Shown piece by piece: positions 1-11,220 of a DNA stretch of 64,000 bases. The translations under genes were made by a program, and so were the position numbers. The stretch is from an uncultured Hormoscilla sp. GTDB lineage: Bacteria; Cyanobacteriota; Cyanobacteriia; Cyanobacteriales; Desertifilaceae. The number at the start of each line of letters is the position of its first letter. Positions within the stretch are counted from its first letter, which is position 1. The stretch lies in NCBI GenBank assembly GCA_963921275.4, contig OZ001293.3, positions 5,312,001 through 5,376,000 of the forward strand. Direction: 5' to 3'. Below the pieces are notes generated by a model. That model was not told the DNA's origin. It did no database searches and saw only the letters and a list, made by a program, of their open reading frames with translations.

Positions 1-444
1 CAGACCTTGCTTGCCAATGTCTTGACAAGTTTGCAAGTCTTCGGCATTAATTTGCTTGGCAGTATTCAGCAGAGTCTCTTTAATTTCCTCAACGGAACCA
101 AGGGTTTCATAGGCGGTCCTCAACATGCGGGAAATTGCCCAAAATAGATTTACCGCCGTCGGACGAGTTTCCCGCAACTCTTGGGACACTGCTTCCAACT
201 GACTCAAGAATTCGTCGCGATCGCTCGTTTTAATTTCCCTGGCACCCAGATACATGCCATAGGCAGCAGCGATGCCAATTGCTGGTGCCCCTCGGACGAT
301 CATTGTTTTAATCGCCTCTGCCATATCCTCGTAGCGACTAATGGCCACCACTACATAATCAGTGGGCAAGCGATTTTGGTCAATGAGTAAAACATGGTCT
401 TGGTCCCAAATAACGGGATAAATCTGGGTGGAAGTCGATGTCAT
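1..444 (-). CDS. mtnA: S-methyl-5-thioribose-1-phosphate isomerase, 5' part (runs off the window edge)
   Basis: Manual translation from ATG 444: MTSTSTQIYPVIWDQDHVLLIDQNRLP...MIVRGAPAIGIAAAYG...TRPTAVNLFWA, typical MtnA motifs. Confidence 0.93.
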   Translation of the reverse strand, partial: MTSTSTQIYPVIWDQDHVLLIDQNRLPTDYVVVAISRYEDMAEAIKTMIVRGAPAIGIAAAYGMYLGAREIKTSDRDEFLSQLEAVSQELRETRPTAVNLFWAISRMLRTAYETLGSVEEIKETLLNTAKQINAEDLQTCQDIGKQGL

Positions 445-1192
445 GGTAAATACCTCAAAGTAGGTTCGTAGTAAGGACTTTAGGGTAGTGATAAACATGT
501 AGCGATTTGATTACGGGGAGTCCCAATGGCTCAAGGTATGCTGCGTTTTCCATGCATTCAGGGGAATGCTTGACAGCCCGTTGTTTGACTTGTATTTGAG
601 TGCAAAACCTACAAGTATTGCGGTCAGGCTTGGGTTTTAGGCGTTAAAATCACTACCTGCGTCCGCGTAGCGTGCGCGCAGCGCATTCCACTACCCACTT
701 TCCTTTGTCATTGTTAACGCCACTTGAATCTTAACCGAGAAGTATTGGGACCGACGCTTATTGAACTGTGGTACGCTATCGGTAGAGTAAGGTGGGCAAC
801 ACCAACTTAAGGGAGATGAACGTTGGCTTGTTGCTGGTGGAGTCGCGTGTTCTTGCCACCAGTGTTATGCAGCAGTGATTTACCGGTGTCATGACAAAGA
901 TTGTAATCTACTCAGCGGTTCCGAGATTAGCGGTAGTTCTGGAAAGCAGCTATTGTGCCTCGTTAGAGCAAAAAACAATACTCAAAAAAGCTTATAAGCC
1001 TTAGCCCAAAAGGGTTTTATATCTGAAGCAGCCCAGCAGCAGCACCTGTTGGTCGAAAAAAAACAGCTGCTATGGAAGAAAAGTTGGTCAGAAACACCCC
1101 TCCCAGAGCGTCTTAGATAGAAGTGATATTGCTGCCGACGTGCATTGGCCACTGTATTTAAGGGTGCTTGTCAAAGAAGGATTGAGAAGGAA

Positions 1193-1949
1193 GTGCGATT
1201 CGTTTAGTGTAAACCACCGGTGAAAAGCAGGTGGGGGACCACTAGCTAGATTTCATTAGCCTAGATAACTTACAGATGATGGTGGTGAAAGTCCACCTCT
1301 CCAGGTGCAGGAGTAACAGCGTATTCCCTACGGTAGAGATGGCATCAATCCGTAAAGCGGGAATAAAAGGCGTACTGACTGGTAGCCTAAACCGGTTATC
1401 GTCGATTTTTCGCGCAGCCTGCAAGTAGTCATGATGAGCGTAAGCAAAGATTTTCAACGTCGTCACAAGGAACCAGTGAAATAAGGCTGAGACACTGGCC
1501 CAAAAAGGGAAAGGATATAGGGGAGATAGTGCTGTATCGACACGCGAGTGTAGATATAGTGAGGCATATAAAGGTGAAAGGAACAGCTAGCCCATATGAC
1601 GGGAACCTCACATATTGGAGTACGAGACTAGGCAGGAACCCAGAATTGAGTAAACGAGTAGTAAAGCTGCTCAAGAGGCAAAAGGGGAAATGTCTACAAT
1701 GCGGACTAACATTCAAGGATAGTGACAGTTGGGAAGTGGACCACATAAGGCCACTTTCATTAGGTGGTAAGGACCAGTGGGACAACCTACAACTGTTACA
1801 CAAACACTGCCACGACAAAAAGACTGCTAGCGATGGTAGTAGCCGTACCCATGACAAGGGTGGCATTACTGAGGAGCCGGATGAGGTGAAAAGCAGACCG
1901 TCCGGTTTTGAAGACAAGTCGGGGAGGTGACTCTCTGGCTTAGTTTAAT
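1193..1949 (+). mobile_element. Internally deleted group II intron: partial domain I joined to the 3' end of the intron-encoded protein plus domains V/VI
   Basis: Starts GTGCGATTCG; ends with DV GAGCCGGATGAGGTGAAA...GTCCGGTT and DVI ...TTAGTTTAAT; only about 757 nt with no RT domain. Confidence 0.88.
1529..1930 (+). pseudogene. C-terminal DNA-binding/HNH endonuclease remnant of a group II intron-encoded protein
   Basis: RHIKVKGTASPYDG, CxxC, EVDHIRP...GGKD...NLQLLHKHCHDKKT motifs; RT and maturase domains absent. Confidence 0.88.
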
Positions 1950-1969
1950 TCTGACCAGGGTAATCCATT

Positions 1970-2713
1970 ATGTATGCCACAGCAACAGCAAGACGATATT
2001 TAAGGAACGGTGCGATGAGTGGCCACTCTGAGATAGTCTCAAAGTTTTGGCAGCAATGGCTGGAACATCAAGACTCTCTTTATCAGTGCTGTCTGAAGTT
2101 AATGAACTGGAACCACACAGAGGCGGAAGAGGCCCTACATGAGGCGATGGTCAAAGCCAGCGAAAAGGTGCGAGAGTACACCACCAACATAGCCAACCTC
2201 AAAGCCTGGCTGCACCAGATGACGAGGAACCACTGTATCGATATCATCCGCAAACGCTCTAAGAGCGCCACCGGAGTAGAAAGCATAGAATGGGTGGGGG
2301 ATGAAGAGGATATAGGCACGGTGACACCGGTGAAAACCCCAGAGCAAGCCCTAGAGACAGACGAGAAATATATCGAGATTAGAGGCGCGATCGCTTCCTT
2401 GCCCGAACGGCTGCGATCGACGTTTATACTGCACTTTTATGAAGAACTTAAGCATCCCGAAATAGCTGAAATACAAGGGATATCCTACGACAACGTCTGC
2501 AAGCGGATATCCTTGGCGCGGAAAATGCTCAAAGAGAAGTTAAGCGGCCATTTTATCGGGGAAGAGGGGAAAGTTGACAGGTTAGCGCTAGCAGGAACAG
2601 AGAAACCAACCCCCCAAAAGAAAAAGCGGTTGAAACCTCAGGTATCTGACCTATGTGAAGAAAAGACGACTACCGGTACTGAAGCTCCCAAGTGCGTCTG
2701 GGTAGTTGTATAA
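1970..2713 (+). CDS. ECF-type sigma-70 family RNA polymerase sigma factor; probably truncated by a nonsense codon (frame continues to 3241)
   Basis: Region 2 (AEEALHEA, AWLHQMTRNHCID) and region 4 (LPERLRSTFIL...EIAEIQGIS..NVCKRISLAR); ORF 2804-3241 is in the same frame after a single TAA. Confidence 0.85.
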   Translation: MYATATARRYLRNGAMSGHSEIVSKFWQQWLEHQDSLYQCCLKLMNWNHTEAEEALHEAMVKASEKVREYTTNIANLKAWLHQMTRNHCIDIIRKRSKSATGVESIEWVGDEEDIGTVTPVKTPEQALETDEKYIEIRGAIASLPERLRSTFILHFYEELKHPEIAEIQGISYDNVCKRISLARKMLKEKLSGHFIGEEGKVDRLALAGTEKPTPQKKKRLKPQVSDLCEEKTTTGTEAPKCVWVVV

Positions 2714-3238
2714 GAAAAACTGGTTTTAGGTGAGTACGAGTCAAAGGAAATAGAAGGGGAGAAAATCACTGAACTTGCTGTAGAGTCTGGCGGGCCAGTT
2801 CCTTTGCAGGCTACAACTTCAGGGTCAGCTAACTTGAAAAAGTCCCCGCAGAAAGCACTCGTTGAACCGAATGCGATCGAGACTGTGACATTATCTGAAA
2901 CGGTCGCCGAAGTAGGCCACGATCGAGAAATTGCTCGACCTTTTGAGTTGAGGGGAGCGTTTATCGGGTCCGATGAGAGTGAAGACGTTGCACAATTGAT
3001 AGATGAAGTAGACAAGGCAGACAAGGCAGACAAGAAAAAAGTCGTGCCTTCGGCTTATCATCCCATAAATGTGCAATCCCCACCGGAAAAATCATTGAGG
3101 CCAAAAAAGGCAGTATCTTTGTCAGCTAACTGGGAATTGTCCCAACAAAATGCGTTCTTTGAACTGAATGAGATCGAGGCTGTAACATTATCTATTTTGG
3201 GAGGCAAAAAATTTTATAGGCAGCAACTTGAGTTAAAA

Positions 3239-4254
3239 TAACTCAAGTTGCGACCTATAAAAATTGGATACAAAAAGCTATGATAAAGAGAATTATTTTC
3301 AACTCTAATCCCTTAGATGTAACAGCATGAATTGACTTGGGAAACAAATTGGTGATTCGACTAAAACAGGTTTCAACTTGTTTTCTTGTTACTTTTTGTA
3401 TATATTCAAAACAAGAATATTCTTTTCTTTTTGAGTTCTTTTTTCGCAAAGGTTTTAACATTATACTTGACGACTCTTTTAGTAAATCCTCTAATTGATA
3501 ATCATTATAAGCTTTATCTCCATAAACTATTGAATTTGATGGTAAGTCAAAGCCAAAAGATTGCAAAACTTTAACATCATTATAACTACCAGGATCTAGA
3601 TAAAATTCTATTGGCTTTCCATTTTTGTTTACCAACATATGAACTCTTAATCCATAAAAATAACGTTTTTTACTGGCAATATACCCTCGATATTCTTCCT
3701 TGTTATAAATTTGGCATCTATCAATCCTAATATTATCACATACTGGCACCGGGAAACTATCAAGAATATATTCTTGACCCGGATTGAGCTCTTTAAATGT
3801 TTGAGCTATAACTTGGAAGAAAAACATCCAAATTGGTTCCTCAATATTGTGTAATTGACGATTGAACCTACTTTTACTTAACAGATTTTTTATATACTTG
3901 TGTTCGACCATAAATTGACAAGAGCGATCGTGGTGTCCTCCGAAAAAATATGCAGCAACTAATCCGACTGTCATCACTTCGGCATTGTTCATTTTTACTT
4001 GTGGATCTTCTTTTATATTTAACGCTTTTAGTAGCTCGTCACAAAGAACAAAAATTGTTGTAATCATATCTTCCATCATCTACATCCCCCAGCAATTAAC
4101 TATTATTTTAGTACATTATAACCTATAAACAGCCAACCCGCCGTCTAGCACAAAAAAAATATAATTTTGTATCAAAAGCTACGAAATATCCCAAATATCT
4201 GTAAAGTCTAAGTGGGTAATTCATATTTTTTTTAATAGGTCGCAACTTAGGTTA
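3239..4254 (-). mobile_element. IS982-family insertion sequence
   Basis: Terminal inverted repeats TAACTCAAGTTGCGACCTAT / ATAGGTCGCAACTTAGGTTA around a low-GC transposase gene. Confidence 0.85.
3255..4079 (-). CDS. IS982-family DDE transposase
   Basis: LSKSRFNRQL, ILDSFP, GYIASKKRYFYGLRVH, YGDKAY, RKQVETCFS motifs. Confidence 0.9.
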   Translation of the reverse strand: MMEDMITTIFVLCDELLKALNIKEDPQVKMNNAEVMTVGLVAAYFFGGHHDRSCQFMVEHKYIKNLLSKSRFNRQLHNIEEPIWMFFFQVIAQTFKELNPGQEYILDSFPVPVCDNIRIDRCQIYNKEEYRGYIASKKRYFYGLRVHMLVNKNGKPIEFYLDPGSYNDVKVLQSFGFDLPSNSIVYGDKAYNDYQLEDLLKESSSIMLKPLRKKNSKRKEYSCFEYIQKVTRKQVETCFSRITNLFPKSIHAVTSKGLELKIILFIIAFCIQFL

Positions 4255-4498
4255 TTTTATATTTATCGAGCGAGCAAATATCGGATAGCCGGACCCCGAC
4301 AGTCCGTTCCTGGCTCATATCGACCAACTGCGAGCGTATCCCCTAATGCGGCTCGCCGTCGTCGCACCTTGCTGTTTTGCCGCCTGACACGCTCATTGCC
4401 TTGCCACGGAAAAAGAGTGGGAAGTATTGCTCAAAGTATGTCAGAAAACCCAAGAGGAAACGTCTACTTGACTGATGCCCTAGCCCATATCCACTAAA

Positions 4499-4556
4499 TG
4501 CTATATAAAGGTTGATATCCATTTCCTTGCTATATAAAAGTTGATATCCATTTCCT
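4499..4556 (+). repeat. 29-bp direct tandem duplication upstream of the DsbA-like gene
   Basis: TGCTATATAAA(G/A)GTTGATATCCATTTCCT twice. Confidence 0.8.
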
Positions 4557-4581
4557 TTGACCCGATATAATTCGAAAAAAC

Positions 4582-5361
4582 ATGATGCCAAGTTATACTC
4601 TCAGGAATCTAAGGACAGCTGTGAGGATCGCTTTACAACTAACAGGACTGCTGCTGTTTTGCCTAGCCCTAGTGTTCTGGTCACTGCCAGCACAAGCAGC
4701 CAGCAGCATTAGTCCGCAATTATTGGAAGAACAAATTTTGCAGGTTATCCGCGCACACCCAGATGTGATTGTCGAGTCTGTAGATGCTTACCAGCAAGAA
4801 CTTCAAAGGCAACGGCAACAGGCACGGGAGGCATTTTTGCAGGAGATAAAAACCAATCCCCAAGCGATAATTGGCGAATCTCCTACTACCGGAGCAACTG
4901 ATGCTAAAGTTGTGTTTGTAGAGTTTTCAGATTTTCAATGTCCTTTTTGCGGTCGGGCTTATCAAACTGTTAAAGAGTTTATGGCCAAGCATGCCGATGA
5001 AGTTACCTTGGTTTACAAGCATTTTCCTTTGGTGACGATTCATCCACAAGCCCTTCCGGCTGCTAAAGCTGCTTGGGCGGCTACTCAGCAAGGTAAGTTC
5101 TGGGAGTATCAGGACGCCCTGTTTACGCAACAAGATAAATTGGGTGAGGACTTTTATTTAGAAATTGCCCAAAGTTTGCATCTGGATTTAGAACAGTTTA
5201 ATCGCGATCGGGCTTTGGCGGATAGTGCCATTCAGCAGGACATACAGGTGGGGGAAAAAGCGGGTGTTTCCGGCACGCCTTCCTTCGTGATGAATGGGAA
5301 AGCTTTCTCTGGTGCAGTTCAGCTAGAGGAGATGGAGAAGATATTCGCGCAGGTGCGTTAA
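4582..5361 (+). CDS. DsbA-family thiol-disulfide oxidoreductase, exported
   Basis: Signal-like N-terminus, EFSDFQCPFC CxxC, GVSGTP cis-Pro motif. Confidence 0.9.
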   Translation: MMPSYTLRNLRTAVRIALQLTGLLLFCLALVFWSLPAQAASSISPQLLEEQILQVIRAHPDVIVESVDAYQQELQRQRQQAREAFLQEIKTNPQAIIGESPTTGATDAKVVFVEFSDFQCPFCGRAYQTVKEFMAKHADEVTLVYKHFPLVTIHPQALPAAKAAWAATQQGKFWEYQDALFTQQDKLGEDFYLEIAQSLHLDLEQFNRDRALADSAIQQDIQVGEKAGVSGTPSFVMNGKAFSGAVQLEEMEKIFAQVR

Positions 5362-5506
5362 AGGTAAATTTAGCGGTTAGGTTGTAGGGGCGATCGCACT
5401 GCGATACCAATTATCTTATCGCCCGATCGTGGCTAAGGTGGGCGATGCCCACCCTACCATTTTAGTAAAATGCAAGTAGTATCTGATCGCATGCCTGTTT
5501 ACGCCT

Positions 5507-5866
5507 ATGGCGCGACGCTCGACCTGCCCGATCGCCTGTACCCTGGATTTAATAGGCGATCGCTGGACGTTGCTGATCGTTAGGGATATGATGTTTTTCG
5601 GCAAGCAGCGGTTTGAGGAGTTCTTAGAATCTCGCGAAAGAATTTCAACGAATATCCTGACCAGTCGTCTGAAGTTACTAACAGAATTGGGCTTAGTAGA
5701 AAAGCAGCCATACAGCAATCATTCCCGTCGGATGAACTACTTCCTCACAGAAAAAGGAGAAAGCCTCCGCCCGGTAATGAAGGTAATGATTGCCTGGGGA
5801 TTGAAACATATTCCTGATACAATAGAGATCGGCGTAACGATAGGGAATTTCTGCATATCCCGTTAA
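5507..5866 (+). CDS. HxlR-family winged-helix transcriptional regulator
   Basis: CPIACTLDLIGDRWTLLIVRD...ISTNILTSRLKLL. Confidence 0.9.
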   Translation: MARRSTCPIACTLDLIGDRWTLLIVRDMMFFGKQRFEEFLESRERISTNILTSRLKLLTELGLVEKQPYSNHSRRMNYFLTEKGESLRPVMKVMIAWGLKHIPDTIEIGVTIGNFCISR

Positions 5867-5908
5867 TACGCTTTCTATCGTTTGGCGATATTTTGCTAGT
5901 TTATCCAT
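5820..5908 (-). pseudogene. xisI: XisI-like protein, N-terminal fragment only
   Basis: MDKLAKYRQTIESVLTGYAEIPY directly after the xisH-like gene; similarity stops where it meets the HxlR gene. Confidence 0.65.
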
Positions 5909-6308
5909 TGGACAATTTCCTGACCGGGGTCAAAGATAAGCAAACGAAGCTGGAATTTTCTAATCATAAGTGTTCCGATAGCTTCCGAAAATATCTGCTC
6001 ATAGATAGCTTTACGAATAGCTAAGTATAACTCATCTTCACTTTTTGACTCTTCTAAAATAGTTCTATAAAGAAGATACTGGCCCCGACATTGCTGTAAG
6101 TCATAAATTTGAGAAGGGCCTCGAAAAGTTTTAATTTCAACTACGATTTGTCGTTCGCCATTCTGGGCAACAATTATTTTTTTAGCGCCGAGATCGACGA
6201 ATAACTCCCTCAATCCCCATTTTAATTTGAAAGGATCGTCGGTAATGGTCCAGCTATCCTTGGTTAGGGCGGTTTGACCGTTTCGTGGTAGATGTCTTTG
6301 GCAGGCAT
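5896..6308 (-). pseudogene. xisH: XisH-family nuclease-fold protein, frameshifted near the 5' end
   Basis: MPAKDIYHETVK / ALTKDSWTITDDPFKL...VDLGAKKII...VVEIKTF; one-base shift near 6275. Confidence 0.8.
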
Positions 6309-6543
6309 TGCGGGGATTTTAATCTATTATAATTTAAGATGATAGATTTGACTATGCACTTCTACGCTAATTGGAGGCAGGAGCCTCCGATCGCGCAGCG
6401 TGGCGCAGCCATAGGCCGTTCCTAGGTTCTACCTGGGAACGAGAGGAATTGCCTAAAAGCCCGCGCAGGCGGGCTAAGTTCAAGTAGCTGCACCCTAAAG
6501 GGTGCGAATGTGCGAATGTGCGATCGGGGGTGCGAAAATCGGG

Positions 6544-8454
6544 CTAGCTGCTAACAGCAGCCAGTTGCTTACTAAAGAAAGCCGTCCGGACAGTTTCGGC
6601 AATTTGAGAGGGAGTTAAACCCAAGTCAGCTTTTGATTCATCGGGTTTGGCATGATCGACTAAGATATCAGGTACCCCCAGGCGCTTGATGGGAACAACT
6701 ACATCGAGATCGAGCAACATTTCGGCTACGCCAGAACCAAAACCACCCATGACACCGCCTTCTTCTAAAGTAACAACTCGTCCGATCTGCTGGGCTAAAG
6801 GTACAATCAATTCCGCATCCAGAGGTTTAGCAAAGCGGGCATTAATTACAGTTGCTTGGATGTTATGTTCGCTGAGAATTTCCGCCACTTGTAGGGCCGG
6901 GTGAACCATTGAACCATAAGCAACCAGCAAGACATCGTCACCATTACGAAGAATTTCGCCCTTACCAATAGGTAAGGGTTCCCAACCTTCCTCCATCAAG
7001 GGGACGCCGTACCCATTACCGCGAGGATAGCGCATAGCAATGGGACCATCGGTGTAGTTGATGCCAGTCACCACCATCCGTTGCAGTTCCCCTTCATCCT
7101 TGGGTGCCATCAGCACCATGTTGGGCAGACAGCGCAGATAAGCGATATCATACATTCCTTGATGGGTGGGACCGTCGGCACCGACAATTCCCGCCCGATC
7201 GAGGCAGAAAAAGACAGGCAGCTTTTGAATGCAGATATCGTGAACGATCTGGTCGTAAGCCCGTTGCAGGAAAGTAGAGTAAATAGCAGCAACCGAGCGC
7301 ATCCCTTCACAGGCTAACCCAGCAGCGAGGGTAACTGCATGCTGTTCGGCAATACCCACATCAATATATTGCTTGGGCAGTTTTTCATGCAGTTTGGTTA
7401 AACCAGTTCCCGTTGCCATTGCTGCGGTAATCCCGATAATCTGGGGATTATTCTCCGCCAATGTGGTCAGGGTATGGGCAAAGACCTTCGAGTAAGAGGG
7501 GGGTTTGGGTTTGTTAGAGGGAATGGCCTTGCCAGTGGCCAGGTTAAAGGGACTTTGAGCATGGTAACCGACTTGGTCCTTCTCGGCGATCGCATAGCCC
7601 TTGCCCTTAGTGGTAGACACGTGAACCAGAACTGGTCCGGGAATTTTATGGGCATGTTGGAAGGTAGCGATCAAATCTTCCAGGTCGTGACCATCTACCG
7701 GTCCCATATAGGTAAAGCCCAATTCTTCAATCACTGCCCCTACCTTGGGCACCGCCAAGCGTTTCATCCCTTCCTTGACCCGTTCCATTTCTGGGGTAAA
7801 CCGTTCGCCGACAAAGGGCAGGTGTTTGAACTGTTCTTCCAGGTTATCCTTAAGGAACTGCACCGGATCGGACAGGCGCATTTTATTCAGGTAGCGGGAT
7901 ATGGCCCCGACATTGGGCGAGATGGACATTTCATTGTCGTTGAGCACCACCAGCAGGTTAGTATGGGGCAAATGTCCGGCATGGTTAATGGCTTCCAAGG
8001 CCATGCCCCCCGTAAGGGCCCCATCCCCAATGATGGCCACCACCTTGAAGTTGTCGCCTTTCAGGTCCCGAGCGATCGCCATTCCCAGGGCAGCGGATAT
8101 ACTAGTAGAAGCATGACCTGCGCCAAAATGGTCGAACTTGCTTTCGCAGCGCTTGAGATAGCCAGCGATCCCGTCTTTTTGTCGTAAAGTCTGGAAGCGG
8201 TTGTACCGTCCTGTTACCATCTTATGGGGATAAGCTTGGTGACCCACATCCCAAATCACCTTGTCGCGATCGAGGTCCAGGGTTTGGTAAAGGGCCAGGG
8301 TAAGTTCCACCACTCCCAACCCCGGACCGAGATGACCGCCACTGGTTGCCACGGTTTGCAGATGCTTTTCCCGAATTTGGCGGGCAATTTGCTCCAGTTG
8401 ATGAATTGACAGACCGTGCAATTGGTTGGGATGGGTCAGTTCGCTCAAATGCAT
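6544..8454 (-). CDS. dxs: 1-deoxy-D-xylulose-5-phosphate synthase
   Basis: [37 protein letters not shown]. Confidence 0.98.
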   Translation of the reverse strand: MHLSELTHPNQLHGLSIHQLEQIARQIREKHLQTVATSGGHLGPGLGVVELTLALYQTLDLDRDKVIWDVGHQAYPHKMVTGRYNRFQTLRQKDGIAGYLKRCESKFDHFGAGHASTSISAALGMAIARDLKGDNFKVVAIIGDGALTGGMALEAINHAGHLPHTNLLVVLNDNEMSISPNVGAISRYLNKMRLSDPVQFLKDNLEEQFKHLPFVGERFTPEMERVKEGMKRLAVPKVGAVIEELGFTYMGPVDGHDLEDLIATFQHAHKIPGPVLVHVSTTKGKGYAIAEKDQVGYHAQSPFNLATGKAIPSNKPKPPSYSKVFAHTLTTLAENNPQIIGITAAMATGTGLTKLHEKLPKQYIDVGIAEQHAVTLAAGLACEGMRSVAAIYSTFLQRAYDQIVHDICIQKLPVFFCLDRAGIVGADGPTHQGMYDIAYLRCLPNMVLMAPKDEGELQRMVVTGINYTDGPIAMRYPRGNGYGVPLMEEGWEPLPIGKGEILRNGDDVLLVAYGSMVHPALQVAEILSEHNIQATVINARFAKPLDAELIVPLAQQIGRVVTLEEGGVMGGFGSGVAEMLLDLDVVVPIKRLGVPDILVDHAKPDESKADLGLTPSQIAETVRTAFFSKQLAAVSS

Positions 8455-8574
8455 AGATAGATACCTTGCGCTCGTCTAAGAATATTTTTCTTACCTTATT
8501 AACTGTAAGTTATAATATGTACCTGGAAATCACTGTCCAAATTAAAAAAATCTTACAAAATCTTCTCACCGACC

Positions 8575-9177
8575 TTGGAAGTTGTCAGGAGTAATTTAGC
8601 TATGAATTTTCGCCCCGCGATGGCGATCGCCCTTTCGACGATTGCCAGTTTGATTGCCATCACCCTACCAGTGCCGCCAGCTGCCGCCATCACCCGAGAT
8701 TATCGGTACTGCGCCTATCATTTGCAAAAACTAGGCATTTTTGCTCAAGAGACAGCAGACGCCTGTTCGGCCACACTCAAACCAAGAGACTTAACCAAAT
8801 GCGTCATCAATATTGCAAGGAATACAGAGATCGCTGCAAATGATGCCCTGATAACTTGCCGTCTGACGCGCCGTCCCATGGAATTAGGCACCTGTGTAGT
8901 TGATATTAGCATGAATACAGAAGCCGTATTGGCGCAAAATATTCTTGATAATTGTCGCCGATCGCTGTTACCTCTAAAATATTCTGAATGTGTGGTAGGT
9001 GTAAGTCTCCAGACAGACCTCCCCAGTAACCAAGTGATGAATAATTGTCTTGATGGGCGCGATCGACCCCGTGATTTCTATCCCCTGTTGAGCACGCCAC
9101 AGCCGGTAGCGCCACCGCGTCGCACCCCAGGGGCACCTCCTCCCTTACCTCCAGTTCCAGGCATTCCTCAACCTTAA
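8575..9177 (+). CDS. Cysteine-rich exported hypothetical protein (start may be ATG 8602)
   Basis: Signal-like N-terminus, repeated C-x-P-x-L-x-C-V helical units, Pro-rich tail. Confidence 0.7.
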   Translation: MEVVRSNLAMNFRPAMAIALSTIASLIAITLPVPPAAAITRDYRYCAYHLQKLGIFAQETADACSATLKPRDLTKCVINIARNTEIAANDALITCRLTRRPMELGTCVVDISMNTEAVLAQNILDNCRRSLLPLKYSECVVGVSLQTDLPSNQVMNNCLDGRDRPRDFYPLLSTPQPVAPPRRTPGAPPPLPPVPGIPQP

Positions 9178-9452
9178 AGTAAAAGCTAGAAACCGGGTTA
9201 AAAGCGCAGCTAGAAAAGAGAGATATCTATACCCAGACTAGAGAAACCCTGTTTCTGGTATCGATGTTTGAGAACGTCAGTCAAGTAAAAGAGAGAACTG
9301 GATATAAGAGTGTAGCTATTAACGAGTATATTAGCTCAGAACAGAGAAAGCCGGTTTCTTGAAAAACTAGCATACTATAGCAAGATACGACCAAATTTAA
9401 TAAAGTTATCACTGCCGAGATCGTATTGCAGTAATAAGAGTAAAGAGAATCG

Positions 9453-9626
9453 ATGAACTTTGACACTATCCAAGAACTAACTGAAACTTTTGAAGACCAT
9501 GCCCAACAGACTGAAAACGGGGTTGAGTATTGGCTAGCTCGCGACCTCCAGTACCTTTTGGGTTATACGGAGTGGCGTAATTTTACTGCCGTGGTTACGA
9601 AAGCAAAAACTGCTGATAAGCAATAA
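9453..9626 (+). pseudogene. dinD: DNA-damage-inducible protein D-like N-terminal fragment
   Basis: Manual translation: FEDHAQQTENGVEYWLARDLQYLLGYTEWRNF..V.TKAKTA, cut off by the duplicated TPR-gene segment. Confidence 0.75.
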
Positions 9627-9866
9627 TTCCCAGCATCTGCATAGCCTCTGCCTGGTGAGACTGCTGTTCTAGCATCGCCAAATAAACAGCCCTCGCTTTA
9701 TCCAGACGTCCGGCTTGGTAGTGACTCAAAGCCTCTCTTAACCAATCATTATCTGCTTGCTGTACCATTTCACCTCCTAATCATAACAGACAAACCAACG
9801 TTAATTATAGCTTCAATTTCCAACTGTTGAATTTCCGATTTCCGGGATCTTTTATTTTAACAGACC
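9615..9866 (-). repeat. About 250-bp direct duplicate of the 5' end and upstream region of the TPR gene (other copy 11068-11318)
   Basis: GATAAGCAATAATTCCCAGCATCTGCATAGCC...TTTTAACAGACC at both sites with scattered substitutions. Confidence 0.9.
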
Positions 9867-10090
9867 TGCGGCTGGAAAAATCATTCCAGGAACAACAACT
9901 TCCTGGAATGATTTTTTTCTAATTCTACATCTATGCTGCACCACCACAACAGGCCCAAGGCCAAAAAGTGAGAAACTGCCAGTCCGATAGAGTTAACCCC
10001 TTTTCTTCCTATTCTCAACCCCGATCGCGTAGCGTGCGCGCAGCGCATTCGATGGAAATTACCTGAATTTTTGGTTGTTGCTCTAACAAC

Positions 10091-11220
10091 TCACCCGCGG
10101 AGGCGCGATCCGGGAGGCGCGCTCTTCGCTGTTAATGCTGCCTTAACCTGGGCAAACACACTCGACCAGTCTCCCGGTTTTGCTTGGCGAAATAGCCGCA
10201 TTGTCGGATACCAAGGGCTATCCGATCGATCGAGCAACCAGCGTTCTTCCGGGGTCTGTGCCCGGAAAAACTCTACTTTTAGGCGCCGGTGCCATTCATA
10301 TTCTACAAATCCTTGTCGAAAATTCTGCAATAATAACAAGCACTCTCCCAGACTTAAGTGGCCCCTTGCTGTATCTGGCTTTAAGGCAATAGCATAGCGG
10401 TAATAGCCCATCGCCTTTTGTAATTTCAGTTGTTCTTGCAAGGCAAGACCCAGGTTGTTGTAGGCTGAGGCAAAGTCTGGTTTCAGGGCGATCGCCTTTT
10501 GGTGGCATGCGATCGCCTCTGCTAAGTTCCCCCATCCTTGATAGCAGTTACCCAACTGATTATAAAATTCTGCCTGTTCTGGTTTAATGGCAATGGCTTT
10601 TTTATAATAAGCAATCGCCTCTTTTCTGCGGTCATACTCTTCCATAATTCTAGCCAATTTATAGTCAACTTCCGCACAGTTGACGTTAATGCTAATGACC
10701 TTTTCGTAGCAAACGATCGCCTGTTGGTAATGAGCGCATTCGCCTCTCGATAACGCTTTTTCTCCTTCAGCATCGCCGCCAATTTTTCATGAGCCGCTCC
10801 ACTCCGGATCAGCGGTACCACTTGCTGGTGCGTCTCGCGCAGCTCTAATCTTTTTCCCTGCCTGGGAAGGGCCAAAACCAGGTTATCATAAGCATCGAAA
10901 CAATCAGGCTTCACTGCGATCGCCTGTTTGTAGGCAGCAATCGCCTGTTCTCTTTTTCCCTGTTGCCAGAAGCTAGACCCCAGATTATTATAAGCCTCAT
11001 GGTAATCTGACTTTATGGATATCACCTGTTGGAAATAGCCGATCGCCCGATCGTATTCTCTCGTCCGATAAGCAATAATTCCCAGCATCTGCATAGCCTA
11101 TACCTGGTGAGGCTGCTGTTCTAGCATCGCCAAATAAACAGCCCTCGCTTCATTCAGACGTCCGGCTTTGTAGTGACCCAAAGCCTCTCTTAACCAATCA
11201 TTATCCGCTTGCTGTACCAT
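10091..11220 (-). pseudogene. TPR-repeat protein with glycosyltransferase-like C-terminus, disrupted
   Basis: TPR units (AYNNLG...AIAIKP), C-terminal WLLDRSDSPWYPTMRLFRQ; TAG near 11100, a frameshift and an apparent internal deletion. Confidence 0.85.
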
